A DNA stretch of 64,000 nucleotides, from NCBI GenBank assembly GCA_963664325.2, contig CAXXDQ010000007.1, forward strand, positions 224,001 to 288,000. Reading direction: 5' to 3'. Below the pieces are notes generated by a model, which saw only the letters and a list, made by a program, of their open reading frames with translations, ran no database searches and was not told the DNA's origin. The translations under genes were made by a program, and so were the position numbers. Position 1 is the stretch's first letter, and each line of letters opens with the position of its first letter. The stretch comes from Desulfomonilia bacterium (GTDB taxonomy: Bacteria; Desulfobacterota; Desulfomonilia; UBA1062). Shown here piece after piece: positions 30,213 to 40,499 of the stretch.

Positions 30213-31557
30213 AAAGGTCATTTCTCCCTTTGATATCCTCGACATCGATACCTCTTTTCAAGAGACTCATCTTTCGCAATTCATAATATGCCAAACCGGT
30301 TACTGCAAAGAGCAGGAAAAACACTATCTTTTTCCAGTCCTTGAGGTCTGCAATTATTACAAGACTGAAGAATCCCACCATAATAAACCCGATAACAGGG
30401 CAAAGCCATATCCAGAATCCCTTCAGTTTGAAATACGCCTTTTCATAGGCCTCCGGATAAAGTCTTGGCAGTTTCATGGATGCTATCATTACAGGTACGA
30501 AAATTATCATTCCGCCGAGTGCCGAATAGGATGCAAGCGTTTCAATCGGGAGTTTCAGTGCCACGCCCAGCACTGAAAATATCCATATGATTGTCAGAAG
30601 CACATGTGCGGTGCCGAACCTTTTGTTGATGCCACCCATCCATGCCGGCGCAATGCCGTCTTTTATGATCATTAAAAGGCTTTTTGTCCCGATTATGAAC
30701 AGCGCATTGAGTGTTGTCAGGATTGCCAGGATGGCCCCGCATGAGATGAAAAATATAAAACCAGCATGACCGCATACGGATTTGCTTACCACACCCAGAG
30801 GATCTTTTACACTTGCAAGCTGGTTTAACGGAAGTGCGCCGGTTGTCGCTACCGCGACAAGAAGGTAAAGAACCGTCACTATAGGAAATGCAATAAACAA
30901 CGCCCTGGGAATAACCTTGCCCGGTTCCTTAATCTCGCCACCCAGCTCTATTATCCCGTTTGAACCCATATAGGTGAAAGTAAGCAGCGCAGTCCCGAGA
31001 AGGAGCTTCAGTATGCCTTTGTCAAACATGCCTGCAAAGTTTTCCGGATGGAAGTTCTCAAGACCCCTGACACCGAAAAAAACCATTGCCGCAATCAGGA
31101 GGATGACCATTACCCCCTGAATCCATGCGGCAAGTTCAATCCCGAGCAGGTTTATAATAAAGAAAAATGTAAGCAGCCCGATGGCTGCTAGTTCGATATT
31201 GAGCCCCGGCATGAACAATGAGGCATACTTCGCACAACTTATTGCATACAACGGGATCTGCCCGAAAAAAGAGGCGAGAATGTATACCCATATACCTGTA
31301 AATGCAAGTCTGGGCGATACCATGCGGCTCGGGTATTTGTAGTTTGCACCTGTACAGGGCATTGCCGAACCCAGCATGGCAATGGGGAGAACGCTTATGA
31401 TAACAGGTATGACTGCCAGTGCATAGGCAATCGGAAGCGCCGCCCCTGCAATTCCCAGAACGATTTCTGTGAATACGAACACACCTCCTCCGATTGTAAA
31501 ACCGACGGCAATGAATGTCACTGTCGGAAGACCAAGGACTCTTTTAAGTTCAGGCAT
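30205..31557 (-). CDS. APC family amino acid permease
   Basis: LKRVLG, IGGGVF, GEIKEPGKVIPRA; ~12 TM. Confidence 0.9.
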   Translation of the reverse strand: MPELKRVLGLPTVTFIAVGFTIGGGVFVFTEIVLGIAGAALPIAYALAVIPVIISVLPIAMLGSAMPCTGANYKYPSRMVSPRLAFTGIWVYILASFFGQIPLYAISCAKYASLFMPGLNIELAAIGLLTFFFIINLLGIELAAWIQGVMVILLIAAMVFFGVRGLENFHPENFAGMFDKGILKLLLGTALLTFTYMGSNGIIELGGEIKEPGKVIPRALFIAFPIVTVLYLLVAVATTGALPLNQLASVKDPLGVVSKSVCGHAGFIFFISCGAILAILTTLNALFIIGTKSLLMIIKDGIAPAWMGGINKRFGTAHVLLTIIWIFSVLGVALKLPIETLASYSALGGMIIFVPVMIASMKLPRLYPEAYEKAYFKLKGFWIWLCPVIGFIMVGFFSLVIIADLKDWKKIVFFLLFAVTGLAYYELRKMSLLKRGIDVEDIKGRNDLYE

Positions 31558-31665
31558 TTGAACCTCCGTTTGCAGGAATATGCACTAATATTTCATAGCC
31601 GGTCAATTATATCTTTTTGCATGCCGTTATTGTAATATAATTACAAGACATGCTTGGAGGAGGTT

Positions 31666-32223
31666 ATGAATAAATTTATTGTCAGGCCCGAGGATACTGA
31701 ACTGATTGTAATTGATATCCAGGAAAGGCTTTTTGCTGCAATGGAAGAACAGTATAAACCTGCCCTTGTAAAAAACAATACCATCCTTATCAAGACTGCC
31801 AATACCTTCGGAATGCCGGTAGTGGTTTCAGAGCAGTATCCGAAAGGCTTAGGGCCAACGGTTACTGAATTGGCGGAACTGCTGGGCGGTGTACCCAAGA
31901 TCGAAAAACTTTATTTCAGCTGCTTCAGGGATGAAAATCTCAGAAAGGCCATTGAAGCTGCCGGGAAAAAGAACGTTATCGTAACCGGTATTGAAACGCA
32001 TGTATGCGTACTTCAGACCGTTCTTGATCTCATTCAAAAAGGCTACAACCCGGTTGTAGCATCCGATGCCGTTCTTTCACGCAATGCCTCCGACAGGATT
32101 GCCGCAATCGAAGCCATGAGGGATGCAGGTGCAGTAGTATATCCGACCGAGACGATAGCCTTCATGCTTCTGGAAAAGGCTGGAACATCCGAATTCAAAC
32201 AGCTTTCACCGCTTTTCAAGTAA
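31666..32223 (+). CDS. Isochorismatase family cysteine hydrolase
   Basis: VIDIQERL, EQYPKGLGPT, GIETHVCVLQT. Confidence 0.9.
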   Translation: MNKFIVRPEDTELIVIDIQERLFAAMEEQYKPALVKNNTILIKTANTFGMPVVVSEQYPKGLGPTVTELAELLGGVPKIEKLYFSCFRDENLRKAIEAAGKKNVIVTGIETHVCVLQTVLDLIQKGYNPVVASDAVLSRNASDRIAAIEAMRDAGAVVYPTETIAFMLLEKAGTSEFKQLSPLFK

Positions 32224-32240
32224 CATTTTGGAGGTTGACT

Positions 32241-34169
32241 ATGGGTAAAGGTTATATGGGAAAAATATTGTGGGTCGATTTAACCTCAGGAGAAATCAAA
32301 GAGGAGATCATTCCAGACGATGTCTATGAAAGATACCTGGCCGGCCTTGGACTGGGTGCTCATATCTGTTATGAAAGAATCCCGGCAGACGCAGACCCGC
32401 TTGGCCCGGATAACATACTCGGAATACTGCCCGGGCTTTTAACCGGGACAGGCAGCATTTTTTCAGGCAGATGGATGGTCGTCGGAAAATCACCCCTGAC
32501 CGGCGGATGGGGTGATGCAAATTGCGGCGGAACATTTGCACCGGCAATTAAACGTTCGGGATATGATGGTATATTTTTTACAGGTATCAGTGAAAGACCG
32601 GTTTATCTTCATATAAAAGACGGCAGGGCCGAACTTAAAGATGCATCGAGATACTGGGGTAAAGATGCGGTTGAATCGGAAGAGGCTTTTATTGAAGAAC
32701 ACGGCAAAAACGCCAAAGTTGCGGTGATAGGTCCAGCAGGCGAAAGACTGTCTCTGATTGCAGGCGTCTGCAACGAAAAGGGCAGAATCGCAGCCCGCTC
32801 CGGGCTTGGCGCTGTCATGGGTTCAAAGCGACTCAAAGCGGTTGTTCTCGACGGTAAACAGCGAATTGAAATCACCAACAAATCCCGGATGAAAGACCTT
32901 ACCGAAAAGAGCCTCAAGTTCATCAATATAAAGATCCCCCTTCCTGGAGGATGGTTCCTTCCTCTGGTTGGTGCAATGATGCGGATGATGCCCACGCAGA
33001 TGATGCAGGACGGCTTTTTATTCAAGCTTCTCTTGTCGAAGTGGGGTACTATTTTCCAGAACCAGTACTCACTTGAGGCCGGCGACTCTCCAGTAAAAAA
33101 CTGGAAGGGAAGTCTCATTGATTACAACAGAAAAAAGTCATCCAGGACCAATCCTGATCTTATCTGCAACAGGGAATTAAAGAAATACCACTGCTACTCT
33201 TGTCCGATAGGCTGCGGGGGGATATGCAGCATGAAAGGCAAGTATCACGAGACGCACAAGCCCGAGTATGAGACGGTTCTGGCGCTCGGCGGGCTTTTAA
33301 TGAATGATGACCTCGAAAGCATTTTTTACTTGAATGAATACCTCAACCGTGCGGGCATGGATTCAATATCGGCTGGCGGCACAATAGCCTTTGCCATGGA
33401 ATGTTTTGAAAATGGCATACTTACAAAAGAGGATACGGGAGGGCTTGATCTTTCATGGGGAAAGAGTGACGCGATAATCAAGCTGGCAGAGATGATGGTC
33501 GAGCGCAGCGGTATAGGCGATATCCTGGCGGACGGTTCGAAAAAGGCATCCGAGAAGATCGGCAGGGGCAGTAATGATTATGCAATCACTGCAGGCGGTC
33601 AGGAACTGCCGATGCACGACAGCAGGAACGATCCGGGCTATGCACTTCATTACAGCGCGGAGCCTACCCCCGGAAGGCATACAATAGGCTCTCAGCTTGG
33701 ATATGAAATGTATCAGCTCTGGAAGATGGTTTCCGGCATGCCCAAACCGATACACTTCTATCACAAGAATTCAAAATATTTGGTTGATGAAAGAAAGGCA
33801 AAAATGGCAAAGGCCTGCAGCGACTATATGAACGTAATAAATGCAAGCGGCCTGTGCTGGTTCGGCGCCATGATGGGGTGCACGAGAGTTCCCACATTTG
33901 ACTGGCTGAATGCAGCCACAGGCTGGAATAAGTCGGCGGACGAGTACATGGAAATTGGTGCACGTATTCAGACAACCAAGCAGGCATTCAATGTAAAGCA
34001 CGGAATCGATCCAGTCTCGTTCAGGATTAAGGACCGCTGTGTCGGCGTTCCAACGCTTACCGAAGGTGCAAATAAGGGACGAAAGGTTGATGTCGATGGA
34101 CTTATGAACACTTACTGGAAGGAATACGGCTGGGATGAGAAAGGCAGGCCCGCCTCCGACTCATATTAA
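32241..34169 (+). CDS. Aldehyde:ferredoxin oxidoreductase (tungsten AOR family)
   Basis: KSPLTG, IGPAGE, RSGLGAVMGSK.LKA, CYSCPIGCG, PEYET, GMDSIS. Confidence 0.93.
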   Translation: MGKGYMGKILWVDLTSGEIKEEIIPDDVYERYLAGLGLGAHICYERIPADADPLGPDNILGILPGLLTGTGSIFSGRWMVVGKSPLTGGWGDANCGGTFAPAIKRSGYDGIFFTGISERPVYLHIKDGRAELKDASRYWGKDAVESEEAFIEEHGKNAKVAVIGPAGERLSLIAGVCNEKGRIAARSGLGAVMGSKRLKAVVLDGKQRIEITNKSRMKDLTEKSLKFINIKIPLPGGWFLPLVGAMMRMMPTQMMQDGFLFKLLLSKWGTIFQNQYSLEAGDSPVKNWKGSLIDYNRKKSSRTNPDLICNRELKKYHCYSCPIGCGGICSMKGKYHETHKPEYETVLALGGLLMNDDLESIFYLNEYLNRAGMDSISAGGTIAFAMECFENGILTKEDTGGLDLSWGKSDAIIKLAEMMVERSGIGDILADGSKKASEKIGRGSNDYAITAGGQELPMHDSRNDPGYALHYSAEPTPGRHTIGSQLGYEMYQLWKMVSGMPKPIHFYHKNSKYLVDERKAKMAKACSDYMNVINASGLCWFGAMMGCTRVPTFDWLNAATGWNKSADEYMEIGARIQTTKQAFNVKHGIDPVSFRIKDRCVGVPTLTEGANKGRKVDVDGLMNTYWKEYGWDEKGRPASDSY

Positions 34170-34362
34170 TATAGTCCATTTTACTATAAACTGTTCTTGG
34201 AGCAAATCTTCTTTTTGCATATTTATTTTCAGTATGTAGAGCATTTAAGCTGAATCATCACGGTTCAGCTTGGCTGATTTTCTATTTTGATTTTACCTAT
34301 GAGAAAGTACAGCAAAAAGACCTTGAAAGACAAAAACTTGTATGCTAAAGGGCTTGCTCTAT

Positions 34363-34443
34363 AACACACGCCCGGCTTTAATAAAGGTTTCATGGTGTCC
34401 TTAAAAGGATAGGAACCTGGAAAGGGCGGAGGACAAAAAACCA
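34363..34443 (+). promoter_or_regulatory. rpsB (S2) leader RNA
   Basis: ACACACGCCC...GGTGTCC..GGAT...GGGCGGAGG..AACC upstream of rpsB matches the conserved S2/t44 leader layout. Confidence 0.65.
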
Positions 34444-34455
34444 GAAGGAGGCAGC

Positions 34456-35304
34456 ATGCCGGCAGTAAGTATGAAACAGCTCCTGGAAGCAGGAGTCCAT
34501 TTCGGACATCAGACACCCCGTTGGAATCCGTTGATGAAACCGTATATTTTCGGTGCGCGAAACGGCATTCACATCATCGATCTTCAAAAAACAGAAAAAC
34601 TCTTTGATTCTGCTTGCGAGTTTATTAAAAATGCCACGGCCAATGGCGGCAAGGTTCTTATGGTCGGCACGAAAAAACAGGCGCAGGACGCAATCGAGGA
34701 AGAATCCCAGAAATGCAACGCATTCTATGTCAACCACAGATGGCTCGGCGGAACCCTGACTAATTTTGCCACGATCCGTAAGAGCATAGACAAGCTCAAG
34801 TGGCTTGAGATGATTATTGATAATAACACCATAAACAATTACCCCAAGAAAGAACAGATCAGCATGAAAAGGCACAAGATGAAGCTTGACAGGTCCCTGT
34901 CAGGCATCAAATCAATGGAAAAGCTACCTTCGGTCCTTTTCATCGTCGATCCCTCAAGAGAGTATATTGCAGTAAGTGAAGCAAGAAGGCTTAATATTCC
35001 GATAGTGGCCATTGTCGATACGAACTGCAACCCGTCATTGATCGACTATGTCATCCCCGGCAATGATGACGCCATAAGGGCGATCAGGCTGTTTACGTCA
35101 AAAGTTGCGGATTCCATACTTGAGGGATCATCAATATTCGATGAAAAACTTCAGGGTATGGCACCCGAGGAGAAGGCTGAAATCGCAGCAACACCTGAAG
35201 AGAAGAAGCGGAAAAAGAAAGAACGCATTGAAGACATAACCGAAGGTGTAGAGATCATAGTTAAAGAAGAAACCGTAGAAGAGATTTACGCTGACGAGGC
35301 GTAA
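34456..35304 (+). CDS. rpsB: 30S ribosomal protein S2
   Basis: [30 protein letters not shown]. Confidence 0.98.
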   Translation: MPAVSMKQLLEAGVHFGHQTPRWNPLMKPYIFGARNGIHIIDLQKTEKLFDSACEFIKNATANGGKVLMVGTKKQAQDAIEEESQKCNAFYVNHRWLGGTLTNFATIRKSIDKLKWLEMIIDNNTINNYPKKEQISMKRHKMKLDRSLSGIKSMEKLPSVLFIVDPSREYIAVSEARRLNIPIVAIVDTNCNPSLIDYVIPGNDDAIRAIRLFTSKVADSILEGSSIFDEKLQGMAPEEKAEIAATPEEKKRKKKERIEDITEGVEIIVKEETVEEIYADEA

Positions 35305-35331
35305 TATCAGATAAATATCCGGAGGCATTGA

Positions 35332-35931
35332 ATGGAAATTACATCGGAAATAGTAATGAAATTAAGAAATAAAACGGGCGTTGGAATGATGGACTGCAAA
35401 AAAGCGCTTGTAGAAACGAGTGGAGATTTTGAAAAGTCTGTCGAACTTCTCAGGAAGAAAGGGATGGAAGTTGCAACTAAACGTGCAGGCAAAACGGCAT
35501 CCCAGGGTGTCGTTGCCAGTTATATCCATCTGGGCGGCAAGGTCGGCGTGCTTCTCGAAGTCAATTGCGAGAGTGATTTCGTTGCCAAAGGCGAGGCTTT
35601 CCAGACATTTGTAAAGGATGTTTCAATGCACATCGCAGCCGCGAAGCCCCAGTGGATAAGCAGGGATGATGTACCGGCCGGCATACTTGAAAAAGAAAAG
35701 GCGATATTAAAAGACCAGGCGCTTGCCACAGGTAAGCCTGAAAAGGTTATTGAGAAGATTGTCGAAGGAAAAGTCGGCAAATTTTTCTCGGAGAACTGCC
35801 TTCTTGAGCAGCCTTTTGTGAAGGATACGGACAGGTCAATACAGCAGTATCTTGATGAACTTGTCGGAAAAACCGGCGAGAAGTGCGTTATAAGACGGTT
35901 TGCACGTTATGAAATGGGAGAAGAGCTTTAA
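35332..35931 (+). CDS. tsf: Elongation factor Ts (short form)
   Basis: LRNKTGVGMMDCKKAL and EVNCESDFVA. Confidence 0.97.
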   Translation: MEITSEIVMKLRNKTGVGMMDCKKALVETSGDFEKSVELLRKKGMEVATKRAGKTASQGVVASYIHLGGKVGVLLEVNCESDFVAKGEAFQTFVKDVSMHIAAAKPQWISRDDVPAGILEKEKAILKDQALATGKPEKVIEKIVEGKVGKFFSENCLLEQPFVKDTDRSIQQYLDELVGKTGEKCVIRRFARYEMGEEL

Positions 35932-36648
35932 GTGCAAAAGAAAATTAAACGCATATTACTTAAACTCAGCGGAGAGGCTCTTTCTGGCAAAAAGGACTAC
36001 GGCCTTGATCCGGAGGCTCTTTCCCTGATGGCACGCTGCGTCAAGGATGCCTGTGACCATGGTGCACAGGTAGGAGTGGTCATTGGCGGCGGAAATATAT
36101 TGAGAGGTGCCGGCAGCTCTGTAGCAGCCGACAGGGTGAGTGCAGATACAATGGGAATGCTGGCCACTGTCATAAACGCCCTGGCCCTTAAGGACGCCCT
36201 TGATAGAATCGGTATTGATGCCAGAGTGCTCACAGCTCTTGAGATGCCGAAGGTTGCTGAAACAATGACAAAAGCCCATGCTGTTGAACACCTTAATGCA
36301 GGCAGGGTGGTAATATTCGGCGGCGGCACCGGAAACCCGTTTTTCACCACAGACACTAATGCAGCTCTCAGGGCTCTTGAAATTGAAGCTGATTTGCTTA
36401 TCAAGGCCACGAAGGTCGACGGGGTTTATGACAAAGACCCGGTCAAGCATAAAGATGCGGTCTTTTTATCTGACATCGATTACAACGAGGCGCTTTCGAA
36501 GAACCTCGGTATCATGGATGCGACGGCAATTGCCCTGTGCAGGGAAAACAACCTGCCGATCAGGGTTATAAACATCAAGGTTCCAGGGAATGTAGCAAAA
36601 CTTGTTCGGGGGGAGAATATAGGATCTGTAGTACGGAGGAGGAATTGA
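35932..36648 (+). CDS. pyrH: UMP kinase
   Basis: LLKLSGEAL, GGGNI, GTGNPFFTTD; GTG start. Confidence 0.97.
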   Translation: MQKKIKRILLKLSGEALSGKKDYGLDPEALSLMARCVKDACDHGAQVGVVIGGGNILRGAGSSVAADRVSADTMGMLATVINALALKDALDRIGIDARVLTALEMPKVAETMTKAHAVEHLNAGRVVIFGGGTGNPFFTTDTNAALRALEIEADLLIKATKVDGVYDKDPVKHKDAVFLSDIDYNEALSKNLGIMDATAIALCRENNLPIRVINIKVPGNVAKLVRGENIGSVVRRRN

Positions 36649-37205
36649 TGATTAAGGACGTTCTGGATGATATAAAGAAAGACATGACCAAAGCCGTTGA
36701 TTCCATGAAACACGGGCTGACAAAGATCAGGACAGGCAGGGCATCCATAAGCCTCCTGGACGGATTGATGGCAGATTACTACGGAACGCCTACACCGATA
36801 AATCAGCTTGCAACACTTTCCACGCCGGAACCAAGGCTTATAGCTGTTCAGCCATGGGACAAAGGGGCCTTCCAACCGATAGAAAAAGCAATTTTGAAAA
36901 GTGAGCTAGGGCTTACTCCGCAGAATGACGGGAAAATGATAAGAATTCCCATCCCCCCACTTAACGAGGAAAGAAGGCGCGATCTTGTTAAACTTATCAA
37001 GAAGATGGGAGAAGAATTCAAGGTGGAGATCCGTAACTACAGAAGAGACGGCAATGCCCTTTTGAAAGAGATGGAAAAGGAAAAAGAGATCAGCAAGGAT
37101 GATCTGATAAAAGGCCAGGAAGGTATTCAGGTTCTTACAGATGATTATATTAAAAAGCTTGATGTTCTCATGATGGAGAAAGAACACGAAATAATGGAAA
37201 TATAA
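36648..37205 (+). CDS. frr: Ribosome recycling factor
   Basis: IRTGRA, YYGTPTP, IPPLNEERR. Start ATG 36648 overlaps the pyrH stop. Confidence 0.97.
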   Translation: MIKDVLDDIKKDMTKAVDSMKHGLTKIRTGRASISLLDGLMADYYGTPTPINQLATLSTPEPRLIAVQPWDKGAFQPIEKAILKSELGLTPQNDGKMIRIPIPPLNEERRRDLVKLIKKMGEEFKVEIRNYRRDGNALLKEMEKEKEISKDDLIKGQEGIQVLTDDYIKKLDVLMMEKEHEIMEI

Positions 37206-37237
37206 CCTTTCAATGTCAGGGTTATATAAAAATATGC

Positions 37238-37801
37238 ATGAGAGGGACTACGATTATGGAAAATCTTAATCTTGGAGGACAATACATGACTTACCCGCAG
37301 GAAACGCCCGAACTGGCAAGATTTATGATGTATTTCAAACCTTCTACCCTTGGAGAAATCAGGGTGCTTTCCCGTATGCTTAACATAGCTATGGTGGACT
37401 TTGTTTCCGCTGCAATGGAGGCATTCATTTTTGCCCGTGAATTTAAAATGGGAACACCGGTTCCGCCAAGGGGGAATGAAAGATTCATCGGCCCGAGGAC
37501 AGAACTGACAGGCAAGAGAATCCGTTATGTCATGAGGCTTAATAAGGAATCGGTTGAAAAAATACGCGATATAGCTTTTATGGACAACCGCAGGTTCACG
37601 AATATCTGCGATGAGGTCCTTTCAGATTTTATTGTTTATACAAAAGAAGTGAAGAATTTTAAAAATGTATGGCTTTCCAGATCGGATGTCGAGGCAGTAA
37701 GGGGCCGCAAGGGGGCAAAGGCTGTTCAGACAGTCGCAGAAATCCTTGACAGTTTCAAAACCGGGATAATATCTGCCGGAAAATCATTGAAAACGGCTTA
37801 A
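37238..37801 (+). CDS. Hypothetical protein with two ribbon-helix-helix-like repeats
   Basis: Two similar ~38 aa modules; the true start may be ATG 37286 (after GGAGGA). Confidence 0.6.
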   Translation: MRGTTIMENLNLGGQYMTYPQETPELARFMMYFKPSTLGEIRVLSRMLNIAMVDFVSAAMEAFIFAREFKMGTPVPPRGNERFIGPRTELTGKRIRYVMRLNKESVEKIRDIAFMDNRRFTNICDEVLSDFIVYTKEVKNFKNVWLSRSDVEAVRGRKGAKAVQTVAEILDSFKTGIISAGKSLKTA

Positions 37802-37816
37802 CCTCATAAGGGCATT

Positions 37817-39328
37817 ATGCTCAAACTTCCCGGTTCCGAGCTGAAAAAGACAGACCTCAACCGTCTTCTTGCGGCAACGGTGATCGGGGGCCTTTCTTCC
37901 GCACTGTTCTATACAATATTCGGATTTATCTTCTGCAGGTACCATGCCGGCCGTATTTCAGCCGAGATGTCGCTTTTAGCTTCAAACCAGATGACCCTGA
38001 TAATAAGGCCAGATGATCCTTACCTCACATCTTTTATGCACCAGCTCGGAAGCGGCTCGTTCTTCGGACTGACCCTGGGCCTCCTGATAGGAATTGTTGC
38101 CGCAGCGGCAGGGGTAGCAATATGGTTTACTGCAGGCGATTCGGCTTTTTTAAAAATTATTCAGGCACTGCTTATGGCAATTGTGACGGCGTTTGCCATA
38201 ATATCGGGATACAGCAGGGAGCTACCTTACGTATCGGTAATATTCGGCATCCTTTCACCTGTAGCCTTCTTTGTCCCATGGCTGTTAATAACCAAAAAGA
38301 CTAAAGACAAAACCAATTCCTACATCACCTGGATTGTTTTTCTGGCGGTTATATGCACCCCTCTTCTGCTGGCAAGCCGGTCTTTCGAACTTATCCGCGA
38401 CGCAATGGTTGATACTCCGATACTAAGGAATATAAACAATTTCTATTACGACCATACATTCCTTGCAGCCGATGTTATCAAGCCTCTTAATTTCAGGACA
38501 CAGAATGCGGTAGCGGTATCAAACAGGATCGGCGAAATAACAGGGTTGCCGCATGGAACCCTTATAATAAAAACAGACGATCCCTGCGCGGTTAAAGGTG
38601 CCGTCATTGCCGCTTCCGACAGCAGGCTTTCCTGCAGGTCGGTTCTCTTGAACGGCGGATATGGAATTGTATCTGCGGACAGGATATTAAAAGACGCGGC
38701 AGGAGATCCGAACAAGGCCTTGAGAAAAGGTATCGGGACTTTCCTGAAAGGGCCTGTCGGGCCGATTGTCATGGTTCCCGTTATCATTCTAGGATGGGCG
38801 GCTTTCGGCTTGTCATCTCTTTTTAAGAAAAATCCTCTTGCGGCAATATTTGTCACGGTCTGTTATCTTCTTATGTTTATTCCAGGATTCTATCATTCAT
38901 ATTTAAAAACGGCACTCTATTCCAATCCGTCCAAGATTCATGAATATTCATCATCCTCAAATCCCGCCAAGCGATACCTGAGTATTGTCTACATGCTGGA
39001 CAAAAAGATTGAACATACCGACGGCCTCTATCCTGATGAGCTCAAAGCCCTAGCAGCCGACAGCCAGGCCAGCACAAGACTGAACGCCCTTATTCTTGCC
39101 GGCGATCTTAAGGATGCCCAGTTTTCAGACCTCGTTAAAAAAGCGCTTAATGACACCCAGCTTAACGTAAGGACAAAGGCCTGCTGGGCCATTGGGAGAT
39201 TGGGGATGCCAGATGCGGCATCGATACTGGAAAGCGTAATCAAAAATGATCCTTCATGGTACGTAAGGGATTATGCCTATATGGGCCTGTCAAAAATAAA
39301 GCACGAGGCAAAAATTGTTCTCAGATGA
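37817..39328 (+). CDS. Membrane protein with C-terminal HEAT repeats
   Basis: Several TM helices; C-terminal NVRTKACWAIG and WYVRDYAYMGL HEAT-like repeats. Confidence 0.75.
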   Translation: MLKLPGSELKKTDLNRLLAATVIGGLSSALFYTIFGFIFCRYHAGRISAEMSLLASNQMTLIIRPDDPYLTSFMHQLGSGSFFGLTLGLLIGIVAAAAGVAIWFTAGDSAFLKIIQALLMAIVTAFAIISGYSRELPYVSVIFGILSPVAFFVPWLLITKKTKDKTNSYITWIVFLAVICTPLLLASRSFELIRDAMVDTPILRNINNFYYDHTFLAADVIKPLNFRTQNAVAVSNRIGEITGLPHGTLIIKTDDPCAVKGAVIAASDSRLSCRSVLLNGGYGIVSADRILKDAAGDPNKALRKGIGTFLKGPVGPIVMVPVIILGWAAFGLSSLFKKNPLAAIFVTVCYLLMFIPGFYHSYLKTALYSNPSKIHEYSSSSNPAKRYLSIVYMLDKKIEHTDGLYPDELKALAADSQASTRLNALILAGDLKDAQFSDLVKKALNDTQLNVRTKACWAIGRLGMPDAASILESVIKNDPSWYVRDYAYMGLSKIKHEAKIVLR

Positions 39329-39579
39329 TCTTGTTTACTAGCAACAAAGACCTTAAAAAACATTACATAAAAATTTGCGGCTGTGTTGGAGTAAATAAGT
39401 TGGGTAATTCAATGCTCGGCTTCCTGAACATTCATCCTGGGAATATTTATCAGCCCAACAGCATGATTTTTATAAATACTTTAATATAAACGAGTTTGAA
39501 TGAAGACTATCAGGTATTTCATGGTTGACGTTCACGATTAATTACCTGAAATCTTATATTAAAAGTCAGGAGGGAGCAT

Positions 39580-40461
39580 ATGGGATTCAATGAAACGAAT
39601 ATTGATGTTTTCCAGCCCGATAAAAAGACGAAACTGCAGGTATATGAATGGCTGCCTGATTCCAGTGTAAAAGCTGTATTTATTGCAGTCCACGGTGGCA
39701 TGGCCCATGCGGGCGACTGGGTGACACCGGCCATTTATTTCAAAGATAAAGGTGTGGCCACTTATGCATTCGACCTGCGCTGGCATGGAACATATCCCAA
39801 GCATAATCCCGATGGCAAAGTCTACTTCCATACGAATTCATATGAGGAAAACGTTTCCGACCTCGATGCCTTTTATGAATGGGTCAAGGCAAAACATCCC
39901 GGCAAACCGGTCTTTGTTATCTCTCACTCAAACGGTGCGCTCATTTCGCTTTTGTACGGTCTTACAACGGCCAAGAAGACTGATATAAGAGGTTTCATCG
40001 TTTCCTCGCCGTGGCTTAAGAATAAGGTGAAAGTCCCTGCAATAGTGGAAAAGATGGCTGGAATAATAGCTGCAATCCACCCTAAATTTACCGTGACTCC
40101 TCCTGATATCACGGATAAGCTTACCCATGATGAAAAGATTCATGCACGGCATATTGAAGACACTGAGCTGGGACTCCGGGGAACGACAGCCACCGCCAAA
40201 CTGGGAGCTGAAAGTGCCAAAACACAGGCCCGTGTTGTAGCCGGTCTTAAAAACTGGGAGCGCTTCCCGATGTTTGCAGTAATCGCGGGCGACGATTATC
40301 TGGCCGATCCGTCTGCAAGCAGAGATGCCCTTCAAACCGTGCCCGAAGGGCTTGTCACCCTCATGGTGCATGAAAAGAACTATCACGAGAATTTCAACGA
40401 GGTTAACCGGGAAGAGACCTTCGCAGCCATCTGGGACTGGATGCTTAAATACATAAAATGA
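39580..40461 (+). CDS. Alpha/beta hydrolase, lysophospholipase/monoglyceride lipase family
   Basis: VHGG..H, DLRWHG, SHSNG nucleophile elbow, Asp, HE..NE. Confidence 0.85.
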   Translation: MGFNETNIDVFQPDKKTKLQVYEWLPDSSVKAVFIAVHGGMAHAGDWVTPAIYFKDKGVATYAFDLRWHGTYPKHNPDGKVYFHTNSYEENVSDLDAFYEWVKAKHPGKPVFVISHSNGALISLLYGLTTAKKTDIRGFIVSSPWLKNKVKVPAIVEKMAGIIAAIHPKFTVTPPDITDKLTHDEKIHARHIEDTELGLRGTTATAKLGAESAKTQARVVAGLKNWERFPMFAVIAGDDYLADPSASRDALQTVPEGLVTLMVHEKNYHENFNEVNREETFAAIWDWMLKYIK

Positions 40462-40499
40462 TCGGCTGAAAAAAGTATTCCACCATGGGGAGTTTATTA

